Below, in pieces: positions 1 to 13,145 of a stretch of 64,000 bases of DNA. The position numbers and the translations under genes are program-made. Positions within the stretch are counted from its first letter, which is position 1. Every line of letters begins with the position of its first letter. Under the pieces are notes generated by a model. The model had not been told where the DNA came from and searched no databases. It was given only the letters and a program-made list of their open reading frames with translations. The DNA lies in the NCBI RefSeq assembly GCF_009914755.1, contig NC_060937.1, one strand, 5' to 3'. Source of the stretch: the human T2T-CHM13v2.0 reference genome, Homo sapiens.

Positions 1-94
1 TGGAAATTCTCAAATTCTTGCTTATAATTCTGGCACTCCTTCAAATGCTGGTATATCATCTTGAAGTTACCATGTATCATGGTAATCAATTGGA

Positions 95-194
95 AATGTG
101 ATTGTTATCAATACAATGGTAACGTGTTTCTACCAATATGATGGTAATGTGTTGTTACCATCAGTTGATAATGTGATTGTTACCAGTACAATGT
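95..194. repeat. Degenerate ~25-bp minisatellite, 4 copies
   Basis: Units aatgtgattgttatcaatacaatggt (95-120), aacgtgtttctaccaatatgatggt (121-145), aatgtgttgttaccatcagttgat (146-169), aatgtgattgttaccagtacaatgt (170-194). Confidence 0.7.
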
Positions 195-484
195 AATTTC
201 TTATGCTGATTTCTGAAGTATTTAAAATGCCTTTTCTCTTCTGATTTTATTTATATATTTGTGATTACTTTGAATATGCATATCAATTATTTCAGATACA
301 GTGTCATTCAGAAGGTTTATTTCAATTAATAATCTTAGTAGCTTCATTATGGAAACATGTAGCACAGGTAACTACTGGGCACTGAGAATACTAAATCAAA
401 TAAGAAGGAGTCTTCAGGCAACTTATAATCAAACCAGGAAAGTGGAGACTCATACAACAAACTCTGATAGAATGTGACAGGAGT

Positions 485-790
<306 letters not shown>

Positions 791-947
791 TGTGACAGGA
801 GTTACCGGTAGTAGTGCTCTACATAGAGTAGAGTGCTCTAGCTTCTGTTAGACACCGATGTGCATTAAAAAAAAAAAAAGATGGCTAAAGATAGGGTGAA
901 AAGATCTGACATTTAAACACATTAATTTTTTTTCTATTTATTTAGAG

Positions 948-1258
948 CAGAGTTCACAAATTGGTGTCTGTAGACTAGATTTGGCTTGCATATGTGTTTA
1001 TTTTGGCTTACAAAATTTTTAAAAAATTTGAGCCAAGATGAAAACATTAAGAGATTTCACACGGAAGTCAAAATTCCCCAGTTTCTCTTGAAAAAATGTT
1101 AAAGATTTGGTAAACATTAGTCCTGCTTCTGTATAGGACAGCAGTCCTGGAGATGAGTAGAACCTACCTGCCTGCCTGAAACAGAGCAAGTGCTCTCAAT
1201 TTCACGACCGGCCAAACTGCTTCCCACACTGGCCTACTTGCTCTGCCTGAAACCCCTG
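948..1258 (+). mobile_element. MER102-like hAT-Charlie DNA transposon relic
   Basis: cagagttcacaaattgg...gagatttcacac...tttctcttgaaaaa...gagatgagtag...acccctg resembles the recalled MER102 consensus. Confidence 0.7.
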
Positions 1259-1271
1259 GCAGGCTCCACTT

Positions 1272-1629
1272 CAGCACCTTTGCACTTGCTGATCTCCAGC
1301 CTGGAACCTTCTTCCCCCAAGTATGGCTCAATCCCTCATTTCATTCTGGTCTCTGGTTAGAAGTCATCTCCTTGTAGAGGCTGCCCTGACTTCCCTATCT
1401 ACAAGGACAGATTGATCTCATCACTATCCCTTTACTTCCAGGCACTTACCACCGTGTGGCATATTATGTATTTTTAATGCATTACTTATGTATTAAATAT
1501 GCCCCTCTGATGGAATACACACTTCATGAGAGCAGGATCCTTATCTGTTTTGTTTACCATGGTATTCCTCCCACCTACTACAGTGTGTCACATAAAACAA
1601 GCACTCAATAAATATGTGTTGAGTGAATG
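1272..1629 (+). mobile_element. L2 (L2a-like) 3' end
   Basis: ctttgcacttgctg...catgagagcagg...gcactcaataaatatgtgttgagtgaatg, the typical L2 3' terminus. Confidence 0.8.
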
Positions 1630-2439
1630 TTGCTCTTGCAGTTTTATTCAATTCCTGAGCGTGGTGGAGATGGGGATGAGAGTAAATGGACCTCTGTTTT
1701 GCCCTGGCTCCTACAGCCAAGACTGAAGAGTAATATAGTTTGAATCATTAAAATTTTATCTGTAATGTTGTATACACAACACATATGTGTTATACAATCA
1801 CCCCTAAACCATATACACAAATTAAAAAGTCTGCATTATATATGGTATGGTCATGATAACTATTCATATTACCTGAATAGTGAATAAAGAATCTGCTTGA
1901 CCGTGTGCTATGAATTCACGTGATTTGGGATTTGCAAATCCATTTGGACCAAGCTGAACGTCTGAGCATCTTGTTGTTTCTTCATAACCCCTTCAATGTG
2001 TCACTCGCCTACCAACCTATTGTGCAGTTTTAGTTCAAGTCATATTAAAACCACAAAGTTATGGGGAGGGAGGTGGGGAAAAAGAGGTAGAAAATAACTC
2101 TTCTCATGGCTTTTGGTTTCTAAATTCTCATATTTCTTGTAGAGCTCCGCATTGGAAGTAAAAATTTGTCAGGAATGTCAGGCAAAAGAATCTATGAAAC
2201 TTTTGACAGGATAGATGAGAAGGAAATGGGCGAGGGAATATTTTGAGTCCAGATAAGTTTTACCACAATGTAAAAATAAGCTCTCATAATCCCCCTGTCC
2301 TCACTGTGCCCTCAGCAAGTGATACAAACATGGAAAGATGAATGTCATTCAGCGAGTCTCACACTCTTAGGAAGAAATACTAGAGGGAGTGAGGGTTCCT
2401 CGGAAACTCTGTGCACTTATCTGTCACCAGCCTGGCCTC

Positions 2440-3025
2440 TGTGATATATGGGTGTACATACATGTGGGTGTAGCTGTGTGTGTGCACTTATGTGTGTACA
2501 TGTGTGTGCACTTAAGTGTGTATGTGCATACACATGTATGTGTGTATCATGCACTTGTGTGTACACTTATGTGTGTACATGCATATTGTATGTGCACTTA
2601 CGTGTGCATGTGCATGTGTGTATGCACGTATGCATATGCCTGTGTGTACATGTGTGCACTTATATGTGTATGTGTGTATGAATGTGCACTTACATGGGTA
2701 TGTGTGTATGTATGTACATGTGTATGCATATACCTGTGTATATGTGCATGCACATGCATACATGTGTGTATGTGTGTACTTATGAGTATATGTGTATGCA
2801 TGTGTATCTGAGTACATGTGCACACTCATATATGTATGTGAGTACATGTGTTCACTTATATGCGTATGCACGTGCACTTACATGTATATATGAATGTGTG
2901 TGTTGTGTACATGTGTGCACATATGTGTGTACATGTCTGCACGTGTGTGAACATGCATGTATATGCATATGTATGTGTGTGCATGTACCTGTGTGTATGT
3001 GTGTGTGTGTACATGTATGTGTGTA
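2440..3025. repeat. ~580-bp compound (TG/CA/TA)n purine-pyrimidine alternating repeat
   Basis: Near-continuous tgtgtgtacatgtgtgcac... sequence with recurrent cactta interruptions. It produces the stop-free C/V/M/H/T ORFs in the ORF track. Confidence 0.95.
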
Positions 3026-4896
3026 TTTCCCAAACAACTAAGATATATTTCATTTTGTTGCTTGGCAAATCTGCCTAATTCCTATTTATTCCCAGTTCTC
3101 TATTTGCATTTTCTTCTTTTCTTACAACCTGAAGGAAAAAACATGAATTCACCATCTATGTACAGGGTTTTGATTAACCCAAATCCATGCTTTCTTCCCC
3201 ATCTATGACTTAATGTCTCCCAACTGTGCTTTTCTCTCTGTTTTATAATTTAAATTTTTAAGGCGTTCTCATTTATCCAGAAAATATTTATTGAGTGCCT
3301 ACTAGTTGCAGGCAGCAGGGACACACAGCAGAACAACAGAGAGAGCTTTTGGAGCACTTTCTATGAGCTGAGTAAGCTCCAAGGAGAATTTTTACAGGTA
3401 TGGTTGAAAACTCCAACAAAGTAATATGTTGAGAAAAAGTAAACACATGGTGTTCCTTTCCTGCAGAAGATAGGCATTTAATCCTGGTGTTTCTGTGGAA
3501 AATGTTACTGTAAGATGTATCTGGAGGTATGTATGCCAATGGTTGTCTATCAAAATAACTACCAATTCTAGCACCAGAGAAGAATGTCTTGGAAGAAGCC
3601 AGGACCAGATGTTTCTTCATGACATATGCATAAACACCACACAGGGACACGCTAATGTATTTTATTAGCCTTTCTTCCTCAGGCAGAGAAGCCTGACCCT
3701 GAGATGTAGGAAAGGTTATTCCAACATTGTGTAGAAAATTTTCAGCCTCTCTTGATGGCTAAAGTTGGAAACGTAAACAGTGCTTCAGAGGCCAGCTGAG
3801 TAGGTGGCCCCCTGGGGAAGAAGGGTATCTTTTTATAGAGGAGTTTTAATCAGCAAATTATTGAGATGACATAATGTATTGTTTTTAGCTGAGTTCTGTG
3901 GTAGAGAGTGGGTAGGAAGAAACCACAGTACTGTAGGAAAGTTATTGTTACTCAGTATTTCCCAAATTCTTTTAAATCAAGATTGGGGCGGTGGTTCCAG
4001 TAGCAGGAAGACTTGGTTTTTGGAAGAGATTTATTTGCTCCTCCATTGGCTGCATAACTGGGGCCTGTTGGGGCCTCCAGTCAAGGCTGTGGATGTGGAA
4101 AGGGAGGTTCTGAGACACTTGAATTTCTGATTAACTCTGTTAATAGAAAACTCTTATTTGTTTCCATGTATGGAGTTAAAAATATTTCCAGGAAGTCTGT
4201 TTACCTACAGTATTTACCAGGAAATACTGTTTAGAAACTATGATGGAGCCTTTGTTGAAGGTCAAAGATCTTGCACCGCTGGATGTGCGCACAGCCTCCT
4301 GTATGTGAGCAATGGAGATCTTGACAATGTGGTCTAAATGGATAGCACAGGACAGTCTATAGATGTTGGATTTTGGATCAAATCCCTCATAAAGCCTTGC
4401 TCACTGCCTTTTAGGGGTGCTAATAATTCAGGTTTTGGGTAGCTGTGTGCTCGTTCTGCCATGAACTCCTTGGGAAGAAATTCTTAGAGAGGTTACTTGT
4501 AAAGTTACCTAATAAGTAAGTGACAGGGGAATGGTTCAAACCCAAAGCCTTAAAGATTAACAGCTCAAAACAGTCCCATCCTATACATGCATAAAGTGAC
4601 CTAGAGAAGTGCGGTGAATTGTTCAAGTCAACAGAATAGCCTAGAAGCAGAAATAGGCCAGGACTCTCTCTCCCAGGCTGGTGTCTTGCCACTATACTAT
4701 ATATACAGTGGGCCATAGGCAACCCAGTAGGGTCTCAAGAGCAGACTTGGGACAAAGGGAACCCCTACCACATCAGCTGCAGCATGAACAGAGCCTGGTC
4801 CCTCCTTTGGAAAGGGCTTTTCTCTCTTAGCTGTCATTTATTTGACCCCTGCTACAACCAGACTCTGTTTTCAGGCTATTTACTTCTGTGATAGCT

Positions 4897-5070
4897 AACC
4901 CTCACAACAACCCCTTGAGGTTGTGTTATCATTACATTCGCTTCATAGATGGGTAAGCTGAGTTCCATTGCTGTTATGGTACTTTCTCAAGGTTGCACAG
5001 GTGGAAAGAGACTGAGCTAGGATCCAAACCTTGATCAGCGGGGCTCAAAAACTATCCTCTTTCCACAACA
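4897..5070 (-). mobile_element. MIR
   Basis: cctcacaacaacccc...catagatgggtaagctgag...caaggttgcacag...gagctaggatccaaacc is the reverse MIR core. Confidence 0.7.
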
Positions 5071-5406
5071 AACAGTGGCCTTCACTGTTGCTTCTGGCAG
5101 GGGTGCTTGTGCCCTGTGCAAACATCTCCTCCCGCCCCACCCCAGAGATCACTGCCATGCTTGGCCAGGTGCCTGGCACCTGTGAGCATGGAGCCAGCTG
5201 CAGCTAGACTCTGCAGGCATCAGAGGGCCGGGCTGGGTGGGCATGTCACTCCCGACTGTGTGAATGAATGTTTGATTTGTCTTAGCTCACCATTGGGTGG
5301 AGTCCACTTTGGGCAGAACACTTAGTGGCTGAATAAACAGCTGGAGCATCTTGGAAAGGCTGCACAGGCTGGTGGTTTGACACCGATTTTGGCTGTTTGG
5401 AGAGGC

Positions 5407-5453
5407 GCCACTGAAAGCCAGCCTTGGCCACTGAAAGCCAGCCTTGACCACTG
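5407..5453. repeat. Perfect 20-bp tandem duplication plus partial third copy
   Basis: gccactgaaagccagccttg at 5407-5426 and 5427-5446, then accactg. Confidence 0.95.
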
Positions 5454-6088
5454 GTGCATTATTGAGAGACCTTGCCTTCTTTGCCTCACGCTGTCCTAGT
5501 TTCCCTGGAGGTCAACTGAGGACAAAAAAAAAAAAAACAAAAACAAAAACCGTGTAATTTCTGCTGAGTCTGTTCTCCAGGCTGAGGACAGAGGCAGGAG
5601 ACACCTCTGAAATGCTGGACAAAATAAACTACATGCAGCCAAAATGGAAGAGGCTTCTTGAGAACGTCCCACCTAGGAGGGTGATAGAGATGGACAACCC
5701 TGGGCACAGATGAAGGAAATTCTTTCTGTATTCTTGGACACCCTTGTAGCTGGCCTGTTGGAAGAACTGTCACTTTTTATCACCTCAGGGGCTGGGAGAG
5801 AGGCTTTGGGAAGTGAAGGCTGATAGCTTACACTGAGGAGTCCCTTCCCTGGCTAGGATCTGACGTGGGATCTCAGAAGGGCATGACTGATATGACCACG
5901 AGCCCACAAAATGTAGAACAAAAGGAATCAAAAATGGAGTTTGAATCCTGCTATGTTGATGTTGGAGACACATGGACAGGCAGTGTTCCCAATGGGCAAA
6001 ACCAGCTCATGATATGGAGGAAGTTAAGGCATCTCTGCTGCAAATTATTCAAACTTAGAGTGTGGCCATCAGAGACTAATTCATAGTA

Positions 6089-6396
<308 letters not shown>

Positions 6397-6446
6397 TAGT
6401 ATTTTTTCATTAGTCATATGTGTATCAATTATAAAGATCTAACCTA

Positions 6447-6504
6447 TCATATGTGCATAGATTATAAAAATCTAATCTAATTTTTATAATCTATGCACAT
6501 ATGA
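6447..6504. repeat. Perfect inverted repeat, 25-bp arms, 8-nt spacer
   Basis: tcatatgtgcatagattataaaaat (6447-6471), spacer ctaatcta, atttttataatctatgcacatatga (6480-6504). The arms are exact reverse complements. Confidence 0.95.
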
Positions 6505-7360
6505 AAACTTGCAGGAGATCCCAAAATTGACCTTGAAAAATGTCTCTGATACAGTAAATGATTTTTGGCTGAATGTATCAAAATGATTTTCTTTGACTGA
6601 ACAAGGCATTTGGAGATTCAAGATGGCTGGTGGAGTAATCAAGTGCCATTGGGTTTTCATAGAAGTAACAAGCAAGAGACAAAGAGGATAAGGCCATGTA
6701 TAATAGGCATATGGGAATGTATTTCTCCTAAAAATGTTCCAAAGGAGAAGCAACTTTGGAACTTGAGACCTGCATCATTGATTTTTAACATAGTCTCTTT
6801 TTCTACTCCCTGTTGATCTCTACCCAAACACAATAATCACACTTGAGTAAATTATTTCTCAAACTGTCTTACAGAGAACACTGCAATTACTGTGGAGCTG
6901 AAACATTACTGACAGACGTAAGGGACGTGCTGTTGTAAGTCACCTGGAAAGGTGTCTAAACAGTTCAACAGCTTAGTGTGATTAATGAGCAATGTGGGAG
7001 CCAACAGTAAGGCAGAAGCTGTGAGTCCCATTACTTTTCCTTAATGCTGGTGAGCAAGAAATGGGGACAAGCTTAGATTTAGGAAGTAGGATTAGGGTCT
7101 GGATAATTTATAATTTATCATAATTAATCTTGATAATGGAGCCCCACTAAGAGTTGTATCCTCTTCTTCAACTATGTGCCAACTTAGAGGTATCTTAATT
7201 GAGTGAAAATTTGGAAGGGATAGGAGAAAATAGCACAAAAATAAGTGTTGAAGACTTCTGGGGAATAAAAATCCATTATTCAAGAGGACTACAGCTACTT
7301 CTTTCTTGTCCTTTCAGATTTCAGCTTAAATGACTATAAATAACCACTCCCCCCCAGCCA

Positions 7361-7590
7361 GCAGGCCTTTCTTGACCTCTGGAAAATGTTAGTCTCTCCT
7401 CTTCTAATTCCATAGCCCTTGGGACTTTTCTTTGCAATACTCATCACAATTGTAATTCTGCAGTCACTCGTATAATTATTTGTTTGATCTCCCTCTCTCA
7501 TGAAGACAAGGACCATGTCTGTTGTCTTCTCCTCTACATTTTTAGCTCCTAACACCATGTCTGGCACACAGCACGTATTAAATTTTGTTT
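7361..7590 (+). mobile_element. L2 3' fragment
   Basis: catgaagacaaggaccatgtctgt...cctaacaccatgtctggcacacagc is an L2 3'-end motif. Confidence 0.65.
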
Positions 7591-9401
7591 TTTATGTCTT
7601 ATGAGTGTTTGAGGTGTTCAGAGAGATATATTGTTCTGATCAATTTAATGTCTTTTAAAGGCTATAAATTTCTCTAGATGAATTGTTGAAACTAAGGATA
7701 CGTATTTTTCTGAAGACAATTTTGGATTTCTAGATGATAGTGTCTATTTTATAGCATTGATCAACTCAATTATACCAGATTTATATTTTAGGAAGAGAAT
7801 TATATCAAAATTAGATTCCTCTTTTCTCGAACCTGTCAACAAGCCTCCATATTTTCTCATAATGAAGATTTATAAAAATACCACTGGGGAAAACCAAAGA
7901 ATGATGGTCATTGAGTCTGCTTTGTGGGTCATAACTAAAGAGTCTTCACTGTAGTTCAAGGTTCAGGCCATATCCATGTACTGTCTTCCTGTAAGCAACA
8001 ATGCTGGTACCAGATTTTGCTAATTTAAGGATAAATCTCCAGAATAAACATCAAAGAACCATAAGTCAACAAAGAAGAAAAAGACATAAAACTGACAAAC
8101 GGAAGAAAAATGTGACTTTCCTCCCTGCTCTCTCCCACAACATTGAAAACAAGGTTGTGAAGGCAAGTTGTTAAAATCAGGTGAGAGCGTGAAATTTGAC
8201 CTTCCATATGTGGTCTGAGTTTAACTCGATGTTTTCTCAAAAAGCATTTATAAATCCACAGAGCCAATCTTTAGCCATCAGTATCTCTTGCTTTCTAAAT
8301 GCTCACTTCTGTTATTTGCAACAATTTGCGTTCATTTGAAAAACCAAACTCAAATTTTGTGTAGCCCCGAGATTGTGTTTCTGAAGACTCAGAACATGGT
8401 AGATTTGCTTGGCAGATTTGCAATTTAATGAGAGGGAAAGAGCTGTTAACTCTACAGAGGTGGATATGTGCCCATCGCTCCTCCCCACAAGCACAGAAGG
8501 CTGCGTTACAGACAGGAGAGAGGGCCAACTTGCCCCCCGACCAGTACCATTCTTAGACCTGAGCAAGGCTGTGCCTGTCTCCCTCAAGGGCTTTCAAGAC
8601 AATCACTCCTAAATTACAAGTGACCCTATCAATCCATGCCCTCTCTTGTAGGGTCCACCCGATGTAGTGACATCAGGCTCTCTCAGGTCAGTTTTAAGCT
8701 GCCGAGGGTGAGGGAAGGATGATCCGTGCGTGAGTGGGACCACTCTTATCACTCTGACCATAGGACCCTCCTAACCTCCCTGTTGGTGTCATGTGTGGAA
8801 AGCATCCATACAGCCGGCACTGAAAGAGATCACATTGCAGGAATGCAGGGATTACAGCCTAAAGAATGCAGAAGATATGGCTGGAAGATGTGTTGTTCTA
8901 CATTTACCCTATAAGGTTCTGAACAGTAAATTTAACATGACCAGAAAACAAATTGTTGTCTACATTTGCATACATACTCTGGGTAAGATTTACATTTGTT
9001 GTCATCATCCATGAACCAAGCACAGTAGCAATCTTGGAAAGAGACATTGGAAGCCAGTATTCACATGGATGGTGCAGCCTCCTGGTTATGGTATCATCAG
9101 CATCAAATAAATGCAGGGGCCAGAAGATCTAGAATATTTCCATATAAATAGGCTCTGAAGATCCATGGCCTTGTAAGTAATAACAGTGTGGCTACATTTT
9201 TCCTCATGGTGAAAGACATGAAATTATTCAGGGCATTACTGAAATAAAGAACCTAAAGAGATAGTTCCTGGACTTGAACAGAAAGAGGGGGTGCCTGTAT
9301 ACCACCTCCACTGATTGGACAACAAAATAACACATAAGTAACGCTTCTGCACCCATTACAGAAATTACTATATTCACAGGGACCTATGATTTTGTAATAC
9401 A

Positions 9402-10152
9402 ATTTTTATTGAGGTTAAATTCATACAACATAAAATTAATGATTTCAAAGTATACAATTCAGTGGCATGTAGTATATTTACAATGTTGTGCATCATCACC
9501 TCTATCTAATTCCAAAATATTTCTATCATTCCCAAAGGAAACCCTGTACCCACCAAGCAGTCACTCCCCACTCTCTCTTTTCCCCAGCCCCTGGCAAACA
9601 CCACTCTGCTTCCAGTCTCTATGGATTTACCTATTGTGGAAATTTTATATAAATGGAATCATGCAGTACATGGTCTTTCATGTCTGGCTTCCTTCACTTA
9701 GTGTATTGTTTTTGAGGGTCATCTATGTTGTGGCATGTATCAGGACTCCCTTTCCTGTTTATAGCTGAATGATATTTCATCGTATGGATATACTATGTTT
9801 TCTTTATGCATTCATCAGTTGACGGACATTTGGGTTGTTTCCACCTTTTGTCTATTGTGAATAGTGCTGCTGTGAACATTCCTACACAAGTTTTTGTTAT
9901 TTTGAATACGTGTTTTCACTTCTTTTGGATATATACTTAGGAGTGGAATTGTGAAGTCATATGTTAATTCTATGTTGAATCATTTGAGGCCCTGCCAGAC
10001 TGTTTCCCAAAGCAGCTGCACTATCTCACATTCCTACCAGCAGTGCACAAGGGTTTCAATCTCTTTACGTCCTCACCAACACTTGTTATTTTCCATTAGG
10101 TTTTATTATAGTCATCCTAGTGGGTGTGAAGTGGTATCTCATTGTGGTTTTT
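9402..10152 (-). mobile_element. L1MB-type LINE-1 3' end
   Basis: tttattgaggttaaattcatacaac...cccagcccctggcaaacacc...aatggaatcatgcag...ggacatttgggttgtttcca...gtggtatctcattgtggtttt is the reverse L1 3'UTR and ORF2 end. Confidence 0.92.
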
Positions 10153-10399
10153 ACTTACTGGAGTATATTTTTAATCAAATCATTTATTTAGACATGACCT
10201 GGTAAAAAAATATTTGCCCAACATGCCACATATCCTAGAAACAGTTTAAAAGAACTCCTCAGAGAATCAGTCAGGAGATAGGCTTCCCCTTCGTCATGTC
10301 TTGAAATTCTTAGCTTGAGAGGATTCATATATAGATAATATAGGTAGGAGTATTAAATATATAGTGTCACATTGGGAAAGCATATTTTGGGACACTGGT

Positions 10400-10506
10400 A
10401 GCTAGTTAGAAATGTAGAACCTCACCCTGGACCTCCAGAATCAGAATTTATATCCAAATAAGATCTCTAGGTAAATCCTAACCACATTTAAGGTTGAAAG
10501 GTATTG
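10400..10506 (+). mobile_element. MER5A-like hAT fragment
   Basis: gttagaaatgtagaacctc...gaatcagaat...aagatctctaggt...ttaaggttgaaaggtattg. Confidence 0.5.
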
Positions 10507-10626
10507 AGAGTTTCCTGTCTTACTGTGAAGGGAAAGAGGGTAGGTCCATGCCAGAAAACCCTTTACAGGTGCAACGGATAGTATTCAAGCTTAATAAGAT
10601 ACAGGTGCTGTATGTAGCACTAGTGC

Positions 10627-10800
10627 AGTGGTTTTCCAATGTGGCTGACACTGAGGATCTTGGAGAGCTGTAAAATTCCAGTGCCTGGGTTCCATTCCCT
10701 AGAGATTCTGGTTTAATTTGTCCTGGGTGGAGCCTAGTCTCAGGACTTTTAAAAACTCTCCAGGTGACTCCAATGCACAGGCAAATTTAAGAATTGTGTG
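10627..10800. mobile_element. MER5-like hAT-Charlie element
   Basis: cagtggttttccaa...agagattctggtttaatt...ctctccaggtgactccaatgcacaggcaaatttaagaa. Confidence 0.7.
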
Positions 10801-11309
10801 AATAGCATTAACTGAGTGAATCTAGAAAGAATTCATAGAGATGGTGATTCTTAAAATAGAAAAGAGCAAATGGAAAATGGGAAGGAGCAAGATTTTGCCA
10901 TGAGGGCAGAGAGAGGCAGAGGAGTGAGCAGTGTTGCTAGAATAGGACAGAGATTAGGAGCCAGGGCCTGTAGGAAGAAGAAATCACTGACTGAGAACCT
11001 TGAAAGCATTAACTACAGTTTTCATGTTTTATGAAGGACAGCTGGGAGCTTTTGTAGGCTCTTAGAAAGGGGACTCAATGATGTTTATTGCTGTTTGGAG
11101 GAGAGAAAGCCAAAAACACAGAAGTTGTTATAATACAGGATATGACCTAGGGGTTTGAAAAGAAAGAGGCAGAAGATGGGTATAAATAAGATTCCCACAA
11201 AGTTTAGGTATGTGGTTATAACTTATTAACACTTCTCTACCTAACTTAAAGTTTTTGCTAATTCAAGAAAGGATTGAATATTCTAAGTATCCATAAAGAA
11301 TCATTCTGA

Positions 11310-11597
11310 TGCCAAGCATGGTGGCTCATGCCTGTAATCCCAGCACTTTGGAAGGCCAAGGCAGGAGAATTGCTTGAGGCCAACAGTTTGAGACGAGCCT
11401 GGGCAACATAGTGAGACCCTGTCTCTTAAAAAAATAAATTAGCCAGGTGTGGTGGCAGGTGCCTGTAGTCCTAGCCACTTGGGAGACTGAGGCAGGATGA
11501 TCCCTTGAGCCTAGGAGTTCGAGGCTGCAGTGAGTTATAATCACGCTACGGCACTCCAGCCTGGGTGACAGAGTGAGACCCCACTGCTAAAAAAATA
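11310..11597 (+). mobile_element. Alu, AluJ-like
   Basis: Dimeric Alu with J-type features (ttgcttgaggcc, gggcaacatagtgagaccc, ttgagcctaggagttcgaggctgcagtgag). Confidence 0.94.
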
Positions 11598-11827
11598 CAT
11601 TTTCTTTTTCTTTTTCTTTTTTTTAAAGGCATCCTGAGTGTATGGTTGCCTCAAAAACTTTGTATACCTATTACAGTTATGGTTTACTGATAGTTAATTA
11701 CTTTTCTGAGTCTGTACTATTCAACAATTCAAGTCTGAACTTTTCTTCATTCAACAAATGTTTATTGAGCGTGTGCTTAGGATGTTATAGAGGAGATTCG
11801 AGAACCAAAAGTGCTTTGGACCAACTC

Positions 11828-12276
11828 TGTGGTTCTCTATGGGGACAATACCCACTATGATGGGCATTGGAAATGTGGGGGGTGTTTTTGGTTGTTGCAG
11901 TGATTAGAGTGAACCATGGCTCATGCTGGGTGCGGGGGTGGGGGCTGGCCAGAGATGTTACATGACTTGCTATTCCCAGAACAGTCCTGCATAGTGAAGA
12001 ATGGTCTCTTACCATACACATCGTCCAGGTGGAAACTCTTTTTTTAATGATCTGAGCTTAGGACCTCAGTCAAATATGTATAATTATCTAAATTTAGAAT
12101 GTAAACTCAGATATAGGTATACACACATCTATTTCTTCACAATTTTAGTACATATAAGACTTTTCAAGAATGGTCCTACTGTGTATATTGAGGGAAGATA
12201 GTGCTTTGTTTTATTCAGCGCTTTACCAAGAATTGTTTACTCTTTTCGAAAATGACGTCACTGATAGCAATGCTGA
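11828..12276 (+). mobile_element. MER20B-like hAT-Charlie relic
   Basis: tggaaatgtggggggtgtttttggttgt...cagtcctgcatagtgaagaat...attgagggaagat...tttaccaagaattgtt...gtcactgatagcaatgctg. Confidence 0.65.
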
Positions 12277-12290
12277 ACCTAGTGTTTAAG

Positions 12291-12363
12291 ACAATAAATT
12301 TCTGTTGTTCTAAGCCACCTTGTCTGTGGTGCTTTGTTATAGGAGCCCTACCAAACTAATATA
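12291..12363 (+). mobile_element. MLT1 (ERVL-MaLR) LTR 3' fragment
   Basis: acaataaatttctgttgttctaagccacc...ctttgttataggagccctaccaaactaatata is the MLT1 3' terminus. Confidence 0.75.
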
Positions 12364-12650
12364 GTGCACAATAAATGTTTGTGGATTAGTGAATGAATAC
12401 ATGGATAAATGGTAGCAGCAGTAGGGCCTGGGTGCTCAGCATGATTATTCAGGAAGTCTCCCAGAAGTGCCCACCTCTTCTCTGGCTTCCTAAAAGTTTG
12501 TGGCTACCCATCCAGGAAGCAGAAAAATTTATATCAAAATTATTAAACAAATTCTTCCTAGAGAATAAACTATTATTTTTGTTTTGACCATTTGATTGCA
12601 AAAAAGCAACAAGAGTGTAGTCAGGAAGATATTGAGGTGAAATAAATGAT

Positions 12651-12866
12651 ATAATAGTAACTAACACTTATTGAAATCTGATTTCAGATATGATTCCAGT
12701 GCTTTAAAAATATTAACTCATTTAATCCTCACAAAAGCTCTCTGAAGTAGGTACTCTTCTTATTCCAAATGAGAAACCGAGGCACAGAAAGGTTAGGTGA
12801 TTTGCCCAAGGCTGGACAGCAAGGAAGTGATGAAGCTGGGGTTTCAACTTAGGCAGTCTAGCTCTA
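12651..12866 (-). mobile_element. MIR
   Basis: aactcatttaatcctcacaa...aatgagaaaccgaggcacagaaaggttaggtgatttgcccaagg. Confidence 0.88.
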
Positions 12867-13145
12867 TTGCCTAAAACAGTATCTTGCTGTGTATACTAAG
12901 GTTAGAATATTTTAAAATTTCCTTGTTGAAACCAAGAGGGAGAAGATTGGAAATTTGAGAATGGGTGCAAATAGAGAAGATGAGAGCAAGTGAATAGAGA
13001 GAAACAAAGGAAAGAGGCAGAAACAGTCTGGGATGGATAATGATTATGTCAGCTGTGAGAATGGAAATTTAGGCATCTCGTGCCTAATTTTCATTGTTTT
13101 CTGTGCTGTTTTGCATTGCAGTTGCTTGTCTGACTTCATAAAGCC

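Noticed and set aside
95-194. Repeat array superficially like a CRISPR
   Set aside because: There are no unique spacers and no cas genes, the units are degenerate, and the context is primate.
2389-3078. Many overlapping 60-140 aa ORFs rich in C/V/M/Y/H/T
   Set aside because: They are artefacts of the RY dinucleotide repeat, which rarely produces stop codons.
3288-3650. 120-aa minus-strand ORF
   Set aside because: It has a non-ATG start, no recognisable domain, and ends in an L2 fragment.
4186-4230. STAT-like ttccaggaa and a 9-bp hairpin acagtattt/aaatactgt
   Set aside because: Short motifs like these are expected by chance in 64 kb.
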